From: Chiloscyllium plagiosum
Taxonomy: Eukaryota
Direction of reading: 5' to 3'
Length of the DNA stretch: 64,000 nt
Assembly: GCF_004010195.1 (NCBI RefSeq)
Contig: NC_057757.1
Coordinates: 1,862,985 to 1,926,984, forward strand
Part shown: one piece after another, positions 36,468-48,689 of the stretch
Numbering within the stretch: the stretch's first letter is position 1
Layout of the letters: each line of letters begins with the position of its first letter
Program-made: the position numbers and the translations under genes
Notes under the pieces: model-generated
Databases searched by the model: none
What the model was told of the DNA's origin: nothing
Seen by the model: only the letters and a program-made list of their open reading frames with translations

Positions 36468-37119
36468 CTTTAATAATTATAAACTTGTTTCAGTTAAATC
36501 TGTTCTATACCTAATCAACAAATCTTAGCCATTAACTTTGCTACCATTCCCTCCAAACCTTCACAACGCGGTCTAAAATATCAGGTCTCAATTACTGTAT
36601 GCTCTATTTACCTTGTATGATAATCTAAATGCAACAGGAATTGACTACTCAAGGTACATGCAAAGTGAAAAGGTTGATTATGGATACATAAAATTGACTA
36701 GAGTGCCTTACTTGAAGAACTTGCTGCAGAATGATTAACTTGCAACTAGTTGTCGAAGTAGGTCTTTCAGCTAAACAGTCATTGCATTACTACATGGTTA
36801 CTTGGGGATAGCTATCTTAAAAACAGAAAGGAAAGTCTGTTAATGTTGCTCAGGGAAACTATTCAACATTTATTCCAGTTATTCTTCAACTTTCCTCCTC
36901 TGAAAGGAGCCTTTCTCAAAAATGCATATTCCCACCTGACCTTGTGCAACCAGTACAATAAAGTTTGTTGGTTATTAAAATCAAATTGCATTCAAGAGAG
37001 ACTGGGTGCTTAACTATGACCAAATCAATTATTCAACTAAGGCTACCATTTTCTTTTTGGGGCAGTATTTTTGAGAATGATAGGCTTTAAAAACAAACAT
37101 TCACTCAACCAGTAACGTT

Positions 37120-37562
37120 ATAGAGTCATAGAGATGTGCAACATACCCTTCGGTCCAACTCCTCCATACCCACCAGAAATTAACTCAATCCTATTTGCCA
37201 GCAGCTGGCCCATATCGCTCTGAACACTTCCTATTCATACACCCATCCAGATGCCTTTTAATGTTGTAATTGTACCAGCTTCCACCAGTTCTACTGGCAG
37301 CTCATTCCAAACACGCACCACCCTCTGCATGAAAAAGTTGCCCATCAGGTCCCTCTTAAATCTTTATCCTCTCACTCTAAATCTATGCCCTCCAGTTCTG
37401 AACTCCCCCATTCTAAGGAAAAGACCTTGTCTAATTACCCTATCCATGCCCCTCATGATTTTATAAACCTCTATAAAGATCACTCCCTCAGCCTCCAACA
37501 CTCCAGGGAAAAACAGCCCCAGCCTATTCAGTCTTTCCCTATAGCTGAAACCCTCCAAGCCT
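37120..37562 (-). mobile_element. HER1/CR1 LINE 3' portion
   Basis: GLEGFSYRERLNRLGLF..EVYKIMRGMDRV..RTGGHRFRVRG and ATAGAGTC tail. Confidence 0.9.
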
Positions 37563-37599
37563 CGTGAGTTATTTATAAAATGATTTCCACTGGATAAAT

Positions 37600-38760
37600 T
37601 CAATTAGACAATTAAGTTTGACAAAGCTGATACACTTTGAGGATTTTGTTAGCAGTATGGATACAGTGCATTTGAATTTTCAGAATACTTTTTGTTAAAT
37701 TTCCACACAGGTGGTCAGTAAACAAAAAGCTCATGTAATTGTGTTTTTTTAAAAATATAAATCATTATCAATGATTTGGATGTGGAAACCAATTATAATT
37801 CAAATTTAGAAAAGGAGACAAAACATGAGCAAATCTCTGTTCAGAGGTGGATGCAAAGAGGTTTTAAGGCCACTTAGACATGCTGAACACGCAAGAGCAA
37901 GGCAGGTGGAATGTAATGTCGATATATGAAATGTTATCCACTTATGTAGGAGTAATGAAGATACATGGTATTTCTCAAACAGTGAAAGATTGGAAAATGT
38001 TGATCTTCAAAGAGCCCTAGATGTCCTAATTTATAAGTCAGTAAAAGCTAGCAAACATGCAGAAAGCAATTCTGAAGGCAAACCTTTTTTTTAAAACAAA
38101 CTTTATCGCATGTGGATTGAGTACAGGAGCAAAATCATCTTGGTTCATTGAAAGGAACAATGGTGAGACGCCACCTGGAATATTATGTGCCGTTCTAGAC
38201 CCTTGCCTAAAGGAAAGATATACTCATCACAGAGGGAACGCAGATGTTTGACAGACCGAGTCCTGAGATGGTGAATCTATTCTGTGTGGAGAATGGGATT
38301 GTATCTTCTGCAGTCTGATCTCAGAAACTTACAAAATTTGTAAAGGGTCAGATAATAGTTATCGTAGTATGTATGTTTCCCCTGGATGTGGGATTTCGAA
38401 CCGGGGACAGTGTCTCAAAATGAAAGTCGAGAGTGTGGTGCTGGAAAAGCACAGCAGCTCAGGCAGCACCTGAGGAGCAGGAGAATCGATGTTTCGGGCA
38501 TTCCTACATCAGGAATGCAGCTTGATAGTCAAGGTGATGGAGACATACAAGGTTTGGGGGGTGGGGGGGGGGGGGGGGGGAAACTAGCTGACAATGCTAT
38601 TCCCCTGTTCCTTGGATACTGCCTGACCTGCTGCGCTTTTCCAGCACCATACTCTCGACTCCGATCTCAGCATCTGCAGTCCTCACTTTCTCCTAGTCTC
38701 AAAATGAATGAAAGGCAAGCCATTTAGAACTGAGACAAAGCGGAGCTTCTTCACACAAGT
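37600..38760 (+). mobile_element. Old CR1 LINE RT fragment, interrupted by PLE hairpin
   Basis: Decayed RT (..GAATTTTCAGAA..TTCCACAC, TATCAATGATTTGGATG, TGGTGAGACGCCACCTGGAATA). Confidence 0.6.
38425..38695. mobile_element. Fold-back PLE terminal element
   Basis: Inverted arms (AGTCGAGAGTGTGGTGCTGGAAAAGCACAGCAG / CTGCTGCGCTTTTCCAGCACCATACTCTCGACT); 13-bp TSD GTCTCAAAATGAA at 38412-38424 and 38696-38708. Confidence 0.85.
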
Positions 38761-38774
38761 GATAGTTTCTAACA

Positions 38775-38962
38775 GATGAAAGGCTTAACAGACAATCAAT
38801 TCTTCAATGTATAATTTCAGTTACATCACATTGCAAATTTTTGCTATAAATTCTGTGTTACGATCGAGCCCTCTACAATCACCTGAAGGAGCGTCGCTCC
38901 GAAAGCTAGTGTGCTTCCAATTAAACCTGTTGGACTACAACCTGGTGTTATGTGATTTTTAA
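38775..38962 (+). mobile_element. PLE 3' terminus (third family) with damaged hammerhead
   Basis: TTTGCTATAAATTCTGTG..CTGAAGGAGCGTCGCTCCGAAAGCTAG..AAACCTGTTGGACTA.AACCTGGTGTT; homologous to 49870-50010. Confidence 0.75.
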
Positions 38963-39285
38963 CAAGGTAATGGGAGGTATGGATAGAGTCGCTAGCCAGA
39001 GACGTTTCCCCAGGGCAGGACTGACTGGCACGAGGGATCATAGTTTTAAGATATTAAGAGGAAGGAATAGAGTTGTAAATGCATGGAACGCATTGCTAGC
39101 GGTGGTGGTGGAAGCAGTCATTAGGGACATTTAAGCGACTGCTGGACATGCACATGGACAGAAGTGAATTGAGGGGAGCGTAGGTTAGGTTATTTTATTA
39201 TAGATTAGGATTAATCCTCGACACAACATTGTGGACGAAAAGGCCTATACTGCGCTGTACTTTTCTATGTTCCATATTCTATGGA
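38963..39285 (+). mobile_element. CR1 LINE 3' end
   Basis: KVMGGMDRV..TRDHSFK..RVVNAWNAL and TTCTATGTTC tail. Confidence 0.8.
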
Positions 39286-39974
39286 AGAACAGCCAGGATA
39301 TCAAACAGCAGAGTAAGTTTGGTGGGCTGAATAGTATACTCCTGCTCTTATATTGGATAAAATGCAGATCAATGTTATTTTCTTTGGTTATTCCTTAGAA
39401 ATATTTTGAATTTGCCTTGGAAAATTTCCAGAAAGGTATAATCTGGTGGAAGACACCAAATTTAACTTGCCATTCCTTTTACCAGTGGTTTTTAAAGCTC
39501 TTCTTTGACCCAAGAGCATTTCTCAAAAATATAAAAATGAAGTGCAAGTTTGTACTGGAAAATTAGCGCACTCTTTTACAAGAAAAACACATTAAAAGAT
39601 TTCTGTTGAGCTTGCCCGGAAGTCACAATAAGTGGGGGCGGGAAGACAATGTTGGAATTCTTTTTAGGGATAAAACACTTTTAGGAGTGGAAATATAAAA
39701 GTCTCTAGGTTTCTGCAGAAAGGCTTTGTAAACAAACAAGTTGATGTCTGATCTACAAAGAATGTTTGTAGCATGCAAGCAAATAAAAAACCAAGCAACA
39801 CACTGAAGCTGTCAAATTTCAATCCATGAGCAGTGGCCTGCCATCTCCAGCATTACCACATTTTCAATTTGGCAAGCAGAATGTCATATTAGTCAGATTC
39901 TGTAAAGGAATAATTCACATCAACACAATTTGGAAGACCTGTCCACTCTCAGTCTCTCTAAATAAAGATTGACG

Positions 39975-41050
39975 CCATTTGGATACAGAACTGGCTCAAA
40001 AGGTAGAAGACAGAGGGTGGTGGAGGGTTGTTTTTCAGACTGGAGGCCTGTGACTACTGGAGTGTCACAAGGTTCAGTGCTGGGTCCTCTACTTTGTCAT
40101 TTATATAAATGATTTGGATGCGAGCATAACAGGTATAGTTAGTAAGTTTGCAGATGACACCAAAATTGGAGGTGTAGTGGACAGCGAAGAAGGTTACGTC
40201 AGATTACAACAGGATCTTGATCAGGTGGGCCAATGGGCCGTGATGTGGCAGATAGAGTTTAATTCAGATAAATGCAAGGTGCTGCATTTTGGGAAAGCAA
40301 ATCTTAGCAGGACTTATACATTTAACGGTGAGGTCCTAGGGAGTGTTGCTGAACAAAGAGACCTTGGAGTGCAAGTTCATAGCTCGTTGAAAGTGGAGTC
40401 GCAGATAGATACGATAGTAAAGGCGGTGTTTGGTATGCTTTCCTTTATTGGTCAGAGTATTGACTAGAGGAGTTGGGAGGTCATGTTGCAGCTGTACAGG
40501 ACATTGGTTAGGCCACTGTTGGAATATTGCGTGCAATTCTGGTCTCCTTCCTAATGGAAAGATGTTGTGAAACTTGAAGGGTTCAGAAAAGATTTCCAAG
40601 GATGTTGCCAGGGTTGGAGGATTTGAGCTAGAGGGAGAAGCGGAACAGGCTGGGGCTGTTTTTCCTGGAGCGGAGACTGAGGGATGACCTTATAGAGGTT
40701 TACAAAATCATGAGGGGCATGGATAGGACAAATAGACAAAGTCTTTTCCCTGTGGTCGGGGAGTCCAGAACTAGAGGGCATAGGTTTAGGGTGAGAGGAA
40801 AAAGATGTAAAAGGGACCTAAGGGACAACTTTTTAACGCAAAGAGTGGTGCATTTATGGAATGAGATGCCAGAGGAATTGGAGGAGTCTGGTACAATTGC
40901 AGCATTTAAAAGGCATTTAGATGGGTATATGAATAGGAAGGGTTTGGAGGGCCAGGTGCTGGCAAGTAGGACTAGATTGGGTTGGGATATCTGGTCGGCA
41001 TGGACGGGTTGGACGGAAGGGTATATTTCCATGCTGTACATCTCTATGAC
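39975..41050 (+). mobile_element. HER1/CR1 LINE, RT C-terminal half to 3' tail (relatively young)
   Basis: [37 protein letters not shown] and RTRGHRFRVRG; premature stops present. Confidence 0.93.
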
Positions 41051-41140
41051 ACAAAATAAATAAGGGGCAACTACATGATCTCAGCATTCAGATGGACAAC
41101 AGGAAGGAAAGAGGGATTAAAGACGATGTGTTTAAAGTAT

Positions 41141-41477
41141 AGTTAGATTAGATTAGAAGATTAGATTCCCTACAGCATGGAAACAGGCCCTTTGACCCAA
41201 CAAGTCCACACAGACCCTCCAAAGAGTAACACACCCAGACCCATTCCCCTACCCTATATTTACCCTTGACTAATGCACCTGACACAATGGACCATTTGGC
41301 ATGGTCAATTCACCTGACCTGCACACCTTTGGACTGTGGGAGGAAACCGGATCACCCAGAAGAAACCCAAGCAAACACGGGGACAATGTGCAAACACCAC
41401 ACAGTCGCCCAAGGCCGGAATCAAACCCGGATCCCTGGTGCTAAGAGGAAGCAGTGCTAACCACTGAGCCACCATGT
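41141..41477 (-). mobile_element. HE1 SINE, full length
   Basis: (TTAGA)n tail at left and reverse-complement head GCAGTGCTAACCACTGAGCCACC. Confidence 0.92.
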
Positions 41478-41480
41478 CAT

Positions 41481-41660
41481 CAGTTCTGCTATGACACGGT
41501 ATGTACGTTCTCGTGTAATCCTATGTTATAAGAAAATCGCACAATAGTAGCATCATTTAAACTAATGGGAATCACATTATAACTAATAATACGTTTTAAA
41601 AGTTCGTCCGATAGAAACAGTGTCCCCAGCTCTTCAAACACGTTATTGCAGAGCGACCTG
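41481..41660. mobile_element. Tigger/pogo-like MITE (second copy)
   Basis: Colinear with 24129-24331 (GTTATAAGAAAATCG, CATTTAAACTAATGGG, GAAACAGTG.CCCCA, GACCTG|TA). Confidence 0.8.
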
Positions 41661-43142
41661 TATATCATCTACTGTGGGTTGTGTCACAAAATAAAATCCC
41701 AATACAATTCCAGTCATATCACACATTGCGTCACTGTTGCTTGGCAGGTTGAACCCTATTCAAGGTAGATTGTCCACTTTTCAAATTCAAGTATAAAAAA
41801 TACCACATTCCAATCACTGTAAATGGGAAAAGTGTTGAAAAGGAATGTTTAAAATTCATGAATTATAAATAGATACAGACTGGGCTATGTTTCAAAGGAA
41901 TGACAAACTAAGGTTGAGATGACATTGAAGTCAAAATTGTTGAAGCAAAAACTGAAGTATATCTCCTATAATTTCATTTCAACCTCCTTCCTCTCTCTTC
42001 TATCCACACCTCTAAAAAATCTTTAGTTCTTCGTAAAATGTAAAAATAATTCTGCGCCTCAACCCGAAATAGCAAGTGAATGATGTATTGTAAAATTTCA
42101 TTTACACAACTAAATGATACGTTTACAGATTTCACATTGTTAGGAATATATCTCAGTTCATCAGCTAAGCAAAGTGGAATGCCTCATTACAAAATCTCAA
42201 TGAGTTTTGCCTACTAGCTATCCCTCCATCCATTTCACTCATGATTGCAGACGGGTGAAGAATAGCATTGCATATATTGGATTCTCCTGAGGGTAAAGTA
42301 TCACAAAGTGGACTTCAGAAATTAATTTCAAACAAAAATTACAATGCAACATTCAATGTTTTTAGGATTCCTACATTTTACATTTGAGTGTTGGTGCCAC
42401 AAAGGTCTGCCAGAGTATAACATATCCAAGGTGGGACAAAAATTACTTCCTTTTCACAGGCACGATATCAACCTGCTTCAATTTCAAAAGTATAAAATTA
42501 TTCCAGGTCTTTAAATTCAATTCTTAAACTAAAATAAAAATATAGAATTCAAACACTAACAAATGAAATGTAAAAACTTATGGTTGAAATTGAATGCATA
42601 AAGTCACCTGATATATAAAACAATCCACAATGTAGAATCGCTTTCTTGAATTTACATTCTGTAAAAGAAACTATCAAGCACTCCAACCTGGTTCAGGTGG
42701 TGCTCTCATAAGAAGTGCAAAAACATCAGTCACTGTGACAATCATGATTACTCAAAGGCCAATTTGCTGAAGACCCTCTGGCTGCAGGTTTCAGGGATTT
42801 GTTGGCTTTTTCAAATGGATTTTGTCAAATCATGCCATTATCCATGTGCTGCGCTGTTGTTTTACAAGACCAAATGATTCCCAACACTATCAAGTAGGGT
42901 TGCAAGTTTAATCATCCATCAAGGTAAGAACAAGTGAAAAGTTTTCTGTGTCATAAAATCATATCAGTAAGATCATGAAAAAGGTTTGTAAAAAAAAACA
43001 TTGAAATGATTCCATAAAGAAACAAATGAGATGATTTTAGATCAACCCACAGAGAAAGACAGTCATTCAAACAAATCTCAAAATGGGTCAGAGAAAACAT
43101 TATTTCAAAATCAAAATTTAACTTCAAATAGCTTAAAATCAC

Positions 43143-43236
43143 CTGCAGTCAGTAATCTCTTTAAAAGATGTATTGTATACTGCACTACTGCCAGATTTCC
43201 AAAACCTTGCAACTTGTCGCAAGCCAAATTGTAAAG
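43143..43236 (-). CDS. Weak candidate exon of minus-strand gene
   Basis: Acceptor ttcctgcag|, donor CAG|gtgatt, phase 0-1, LYNLACDKLQGFGNLAVVQYTIHLLKRLLTA. Confidence 0.3.
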
Positions 43237-43579
43237 CTGCAGGAATTCATCAAAGCAAAAGAGTATACCGCCCCAGAAGGTTTTGAACTTACTGAAGTTA
43301 TCAAACATTTGAAGAAAAGGTGTTTAACGTGTCGACTCCAAATGTAGTTATCAATTTGACAATAATGACAACATAAAAGAAATAATTAACTTGTTTAAAA
43401 GTAAATGATTTGGCTGATGTCTGAATTAAAGATTCAAGTGATATGTCAGTTGAAGCAATTGCAAGCCCAGAGTTCAGAGCATGACAAACTGCTAATTATC
43501 AAAGAATACAAGTAGCTACCATTTTTTGAACATGACAGCTCATTATTCAGCAACCAAAAACGAGCTCAAAATGGATAAA

Positions 43580-44285
43580 ATAGTCAAAGAACAACACAAC
43601 ACAGGAACAGTCCCAATGGCCCTCCAAACTTGTGCAGACACATTTTGCCCTTTCATACTAAAACTGTCTTCACTTACAGGATCGTAACCCTCTATTGCCT
43701 TCCAATTCAAGTATTCATTCAGATCTTTCTTAAAATGCTACTATTGTATATTCTTCCATCACCACCTCTGGCAGCCCATTCCAGACACTCACCACCATGC
43801 GAGAGAAAAGCTTGCCTTGAACTCCATACCTTGAAACTGTGTCCCCCTAGTAACTGACACCTCCAGGTAAAAACAAGGACTGCAGATGCTGGAAACCAGA
43901 GTCTAGATTAGAGTGGCGGTGGAGAAGCACAGCAGGTCAGGCAGCATCCGAGGAGCAGGAAAATCTCCTCGGCTGCTGCCTGACCTGCTGTGCTTTTCAA
44001 GCACCAATCTAAACTGACCCCTCCACCCTGGGAAAAAGTCTAATAACTTTTCACTCTATCCATGCCATTCACAATCTTATAAATTTCTATCAGGTCACCC
44101 TCAACCTTCTGCGTTCCAGTGAAAACAAACCCAGTCTAATGAAGCCTTTCTTCGTAGCTAAATTTCTCCATACCAAGCAACATTCTGGTAAACCTTTTCT
44201 GTGCTTGCTTCAAAGCATCCACATCCTTCTAAGCAGTGTGGTGACCAGAACTGGACACAATATTCCAAGTGTTGCCTAACTAAAG
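43580..44285 (-). mobile_element. CR1 LINE 3' portion, containing a PLE hairpin insert at 43866-44011
   Basis: Reverse CR1 3' region; the insert has inverted arms and a TSD AACTGAC(A/C)CCTCCA at 43852-43865 and 44012-44025. Confidence 0.85.
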
Positions 44286-44289
44286 TTAG

Positions 44290-44700
44290 GACAAGGATGA
44301 TTAGCAACAAGAACAGAACCCCTGGTTCTCACCTTCCACCCCACCAACCTCGGGAAACATCGCATCATCCTCCGCCATTTCTGCCACTTACAAACAGACC
44401 CAACCACCAGGGATATGGTCCCACCCGACAAATCCGCCCCCCCTCCCCTCCCAGCACCTTCCCCTGCCACTGCAAGTAGTACAAAACCTGCACCCACACC
44501 TCCTCCCTTATATCTGTCCAAGGGCCCAAAGGATCCTTCCACATCCGACAGAGATTTATCTGTACTTGCACGCGCACACACACACTATTCTGACCATTGC
44601 TCCCGATGTGGTCTCAACATTGGGGAGACAGGACGCCAACTTGCGGAATATTTCAGAGAACATCTCTGGGACACATGCACTAAAGAACCCCACCACCCAG
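44290..44700 (+). mobile_element. PLE GIY-YIG fragment (left arm of inverted duplication)
   Basis: HCSRCGLNIGETGRQLAEYFREHLWD; reverse complement of ~46260-46620. Confidence 0.85.
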
Positions 44701-46870
44701 GAAATAAGAAAGAAGGTTGGTTCTTTTAAGGACAAAGAAGGAAATCTGTGTGGGGACAGAAGACGCAAGTGAGGAACAAAACTTATACTTTGTGTCAGTG
44801 CTCAACAAAGAGAAGGAATTGGTGGACCATGATCTCAGGAAGGGAGTGTCAAATTTCTAAGCCAAGTTGCTGTTAAAAAGGAAGAGGTGTTGGGCATCTT
44901 AAAAAGTATTAAGGTAGATAAATCCCCAGATCCAGATGAGATCTATCTCAGAGTATTGAGGGAGGCAAGAGAACAAATTGCTGGAGCATTGACAGACATC
45001 TTTGTATTCTGTTTGGCCACAGATGAGGTCCCAGAGGACAGGAGACTAGCCAATGTTGTCCCATTGTTTAAGAAGGGTAACAGGATAATCTAGGAAAGTA
45101 TAGATCTGTGACCCTCATGTTGATGGTAGGGAAATTATTAGAAAGGATTCTCTGGGACAAGATCCATACGCATTTAGAAACAAATTGACTTATCAGCATT
45201 AGACAACATGGTTTTGTGCGGGAAGGTCATGTCTCATTAACTTGATCGAGTTTTTTAAAGGAGTTGAAGATGATTGAGGAAAAATCGTTTGATGTTGTCT
45301 ACACGGACTTCAGTAAAGCCTTTGACAAGGTCCCTCATGGCAAATTGGTACACAAGGTGAAATCACATGGTATCGGGGTGAGTTGGCAAGATCGATGCAG
45401 AACTGGCGTAGTCATTGGAGACAGAGGGTAGCGGTGGAAGTATGCTTTTCAGAATGGAGTGTTGTGACTAGCAGTGTTCCACAGGGATCAGTGCTGGGAC
45501 CTCTGCTGTTCATGGTCTACGTAAATGATTTGGGGGAAAATGTAACTGGTCTAATTAGTAAGTTTGCGGATGATACAAAGATTGGAGGAGTTGTGAATAG
45601 TGAGGTGCGTTGTTAGAGTGGATATAGCAGGATATAGATCAGTTAGAGGCATAGGCAGAAAAATGGCAGATGGAGTTTAATCTGGGCAAACGAGAGGTGA
45701 TGCATTTTGGAAGATCAAGTGGAAATTATAGTGTGAATGGCAGAACCATTGGGCGTTTTGATATGCAGGGGATCTGGGTCCACAGATCACTGAAGGTGGC
45801 ACTGCAGGTAGGTAAGGTAGTAAAAAACAAATCTATGGCATGCTTGATTCATTAGAAAGGGCATTGAGTACAAGGATAGAGAAGTAATGCTGCAGCTTTA
45901 CAGAATTGGGGGGGGATGAGGCTGGGGAGCAAGGTAGCTGGAAATGCAATAAGTAGTGAAGGAAGGGGTAAAGGTGATAGGTCAGACAGGAGAGTGGAGC
46001 CGATAGGTGGGAAGGAAGAGGGACAGGTAGGACAGTTCAAGAGGACCATGCCGAGTTGGGAGGTTGGATGTGGGATAAGGTGGGGGGAGGTGAAATGAGG
46101 AAACTGGTGAAATTCACATTGACCCAGTGTGGTTAGAGGGTCCCAAGGCGGAACATGAGGCGTTCTTCCTCCAGATGTCAGGTGGTTAGGGTTTGGTGGT
46201 GGAAGAGGCCCAGGACTTGCATGTCCTTGGCAGAGTGGGAGGGGGATTTGGTGTTTGGCTACTGGGTGGTGGGGTTCTTTAGTGCATGTGTCCCAAAGAT
46301 GTCCTCTGAAATATTCCGCAAATTGGCATCCTGTCTCCCCAGTGTTGAGACCACATCAGGAGCAATGGTCAGAATAGTGTGTGTGCGCAAGTACAGATAA
46401 ATCTCCATCGGATGTAGAAGGATCCTTTGGGCCCTTGGACAGATATAAGGGAGGTGGTGTGGGTGTAGGTTTTGTACTTCATGCAGTGGCAGGGGAAGCT
46501 GCTGGGAGTGGAGGGTGGGTTGGGGGGATTGTGGGGGGGGATTTGCCAGGGAGGGACTATATCCCTGGTGGTTGGGTCTGTTTGTAGGTGGCAGAAATGG
46601 CGGAGGATGATGCGATGTTCTTTAGTTAGGCAACACTTGGAATTTTGTGTCCAGTTCTGGTCACCACACTACTAGAAGGATGTGGATGCTTTGAAGCAAG
46701 CACAGAAAAGGTTTACCAGAATGTTGCTTGGTATGGAGAAATTTAGCTACGAAGGAAGGCTTCATTAGACTGGGTTTGCTTTCACTGGAACGCAGAAGGT
46801 TGAGGGGTGACCTGATAGAAGTTTATCCATGCGAATGGCATGGATAGAGTGAAATGTTATTAGGCTTTTA
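44700..46870 (+). mobile_element. CR1 LINE ORF2 (RT) remnant interrupted by minus-strand PLE at ~45908-46620
   Basis: [62 protein letters not shown]; the CR1 sequence resumes after the PLE at LVRQHLEFCVQFWSPHY. Confidence 0.9.
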
Positions 46871-46877
46871 AAAATAA

Positions 46878-47183
46878 GGTGGCACGGTGGCACAGTGGTT
46901 AGCATTGCTGCCTCACAGCGCCAGAGACCGGGTTCAATTCCTACCTCGGGCAACTGTGTGGAGTTTGCATATTCTCCCCGTGTCTGCATGGGTTTCCTCT
47001 GGGTGCTCCGGTTTCCTCCCACAGTCCAAAGATGTGCAGGTTAGGTGAATTGGCCATGCTAAATTGCCCATAGTGTTGGTGAAGGGGTAAATGTAAGGGA
47101 ATGGGGCTGGGTGGGCTGCTCTTCGGAAGGTTGGTGTGGACTTGTTGGGCCGAAGGGCCTGTTTCCACACAGTAAGTAATCTA
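46878..47183 (+). mobile_element. HE1 SINE, full length
   Basis: GGTGGCACGGTGGCACAGTGGTTAGC head with B-box GGTTCAATTCC, core and tail. Confidence 0.93.
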
Positions 47184-47189
47184 AAAAGA

Positions 47190-48230
47190 AAGCATTAGGA
47201 TGCTCCTTAACCCGGTTTGCTAATAACTTTTCATTACAGCCATAATTCCTTGTTTAGGTTCTTTCCTATTTTCTTTATATACTTAAAGGGCTTTGTCTGT
47301 TGCCAACTCAGACCTTGCACAGACTTCCTTTTTCTTTTTGACCAAGGTCATAACATCCCTGGTCATCCAAGGTTTGCGTAACTTGCCATACTTGTCCTTC
47401 ATTCTCGCAGGAACGTGCCACTCGTGAACTCTTATCAATTGCCACATGTCTGATGTGGATTTACCCTCAAACAGCCACCTCCAATCAACATTCTCCAGTT
47501 CCTGCCTAATATTGTTGTAGTTATCCTTTCCCCCAATTTAACATCTTCATCCAAAAACTGCTATTATCCCTATCCACAAGTATCTTAAAACTCATGGTAT
47601 CATGGTCACTACTCCCAAAACACTCCTCCACTGAAACTTCAGTCATCTGGCCAGGCTCATTTCCCAAAACCAGGTCCAGTAAAATGCTTTCCCTGGCTGG
47701 ACTGTTTACATAATGTGACAAGAATCCCTCCTGAATGGTCCTTTCAAATTCTGCCCCATTCAAGCCCTGAGCATGAAGTGAGTCCCAATCAATAAAGGGG
47801 AAATTAAAATCACCCACCACAACAACTCTTTTTACATCTTTCCAAAATCTGTCTACATGTACTATCCTGTCTCCTGCTGGCTGTTGCGAGGAGTGCAGTA
47901 GATTGACCCCCAGAATTGTGATTTCACCTTTCCTATTCCAGAGTTCTACCCATATTGCCTCATTGCATGAGTCCTCTGATGTATTCTCCCTCAGTACAAC
48001 TGAGAGCTATTCCTTTACCAGTAATGCAACTTACCCCACCCTTTTTACCTTCCTTTTGATCAAACCTCAAACATCTAAATCCTGGAATATTCAGCAATCA
48101 GCCCTGACCCTCTTTCAGCCAACGCTTCATAATCACAATAATGTCATAGTTCCAAGTACTAACCAAAGCTCTGAAGTTCATCTTCCTTACCTATTATACT
48201 TCCCACTTTGAAATACATGCATTGCAGATC
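47190..48230 (-). mobile_element. CR1 LINE ORF2 APE endonuclease remnant
   Basis: VVGDFNFPFIDWD, LLDLVLGNE and GSSDHD are APE endonuclease motifs. Confidence 0.88.
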
Positions 48231-48689
48231 ACCTCCTAATGTTTCCTAAGGCATTCTACAAAAGAAATTAAATCATTCAATCAAGTGAAATGTGAAAGGT
48301 GAGAATAAACAATTTGGTTTTCATTAGCTTCAAGGTTAATGTTGTTTCTGAATTTTGCATAGAACTGAACTTTAAAATCTGGTTGAATTTGCCCCTCATA
48401 TCCTCTGACAACACCCCTCCCCACCGCCCCCGTCCTCCACACCTCTTCTGCACCCTCTCTAAAGCCCCCACATCCTTCCTGTAATGTGGCAACCAGACTT
48501 GAATGCAATATTCTAAATGCAGCCTAACCAAAGTTTTGTAAGGTGCAACATGTTATCCTGAGTCTCGTACTCAATTCCTCAACCAATTAAGGCAATCGTG
48601 CCATATGCCTTCTTTATCATCCTATCTCCTTGTGTAGCCATTTTCAGGGAACTATGGATCTGAACCCCAAGAGCCCTCTGTACATCAAA

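Noticed and set aside
43194-43348. Plus-strand protein-like frame ISKTLQLVASQIVKLQEF..
   Set aside because: No compatible upstream plus-strand exon (the donor at ~42923 has stops in all frames), and it overlaps a minus-strand candidate; probably chance.
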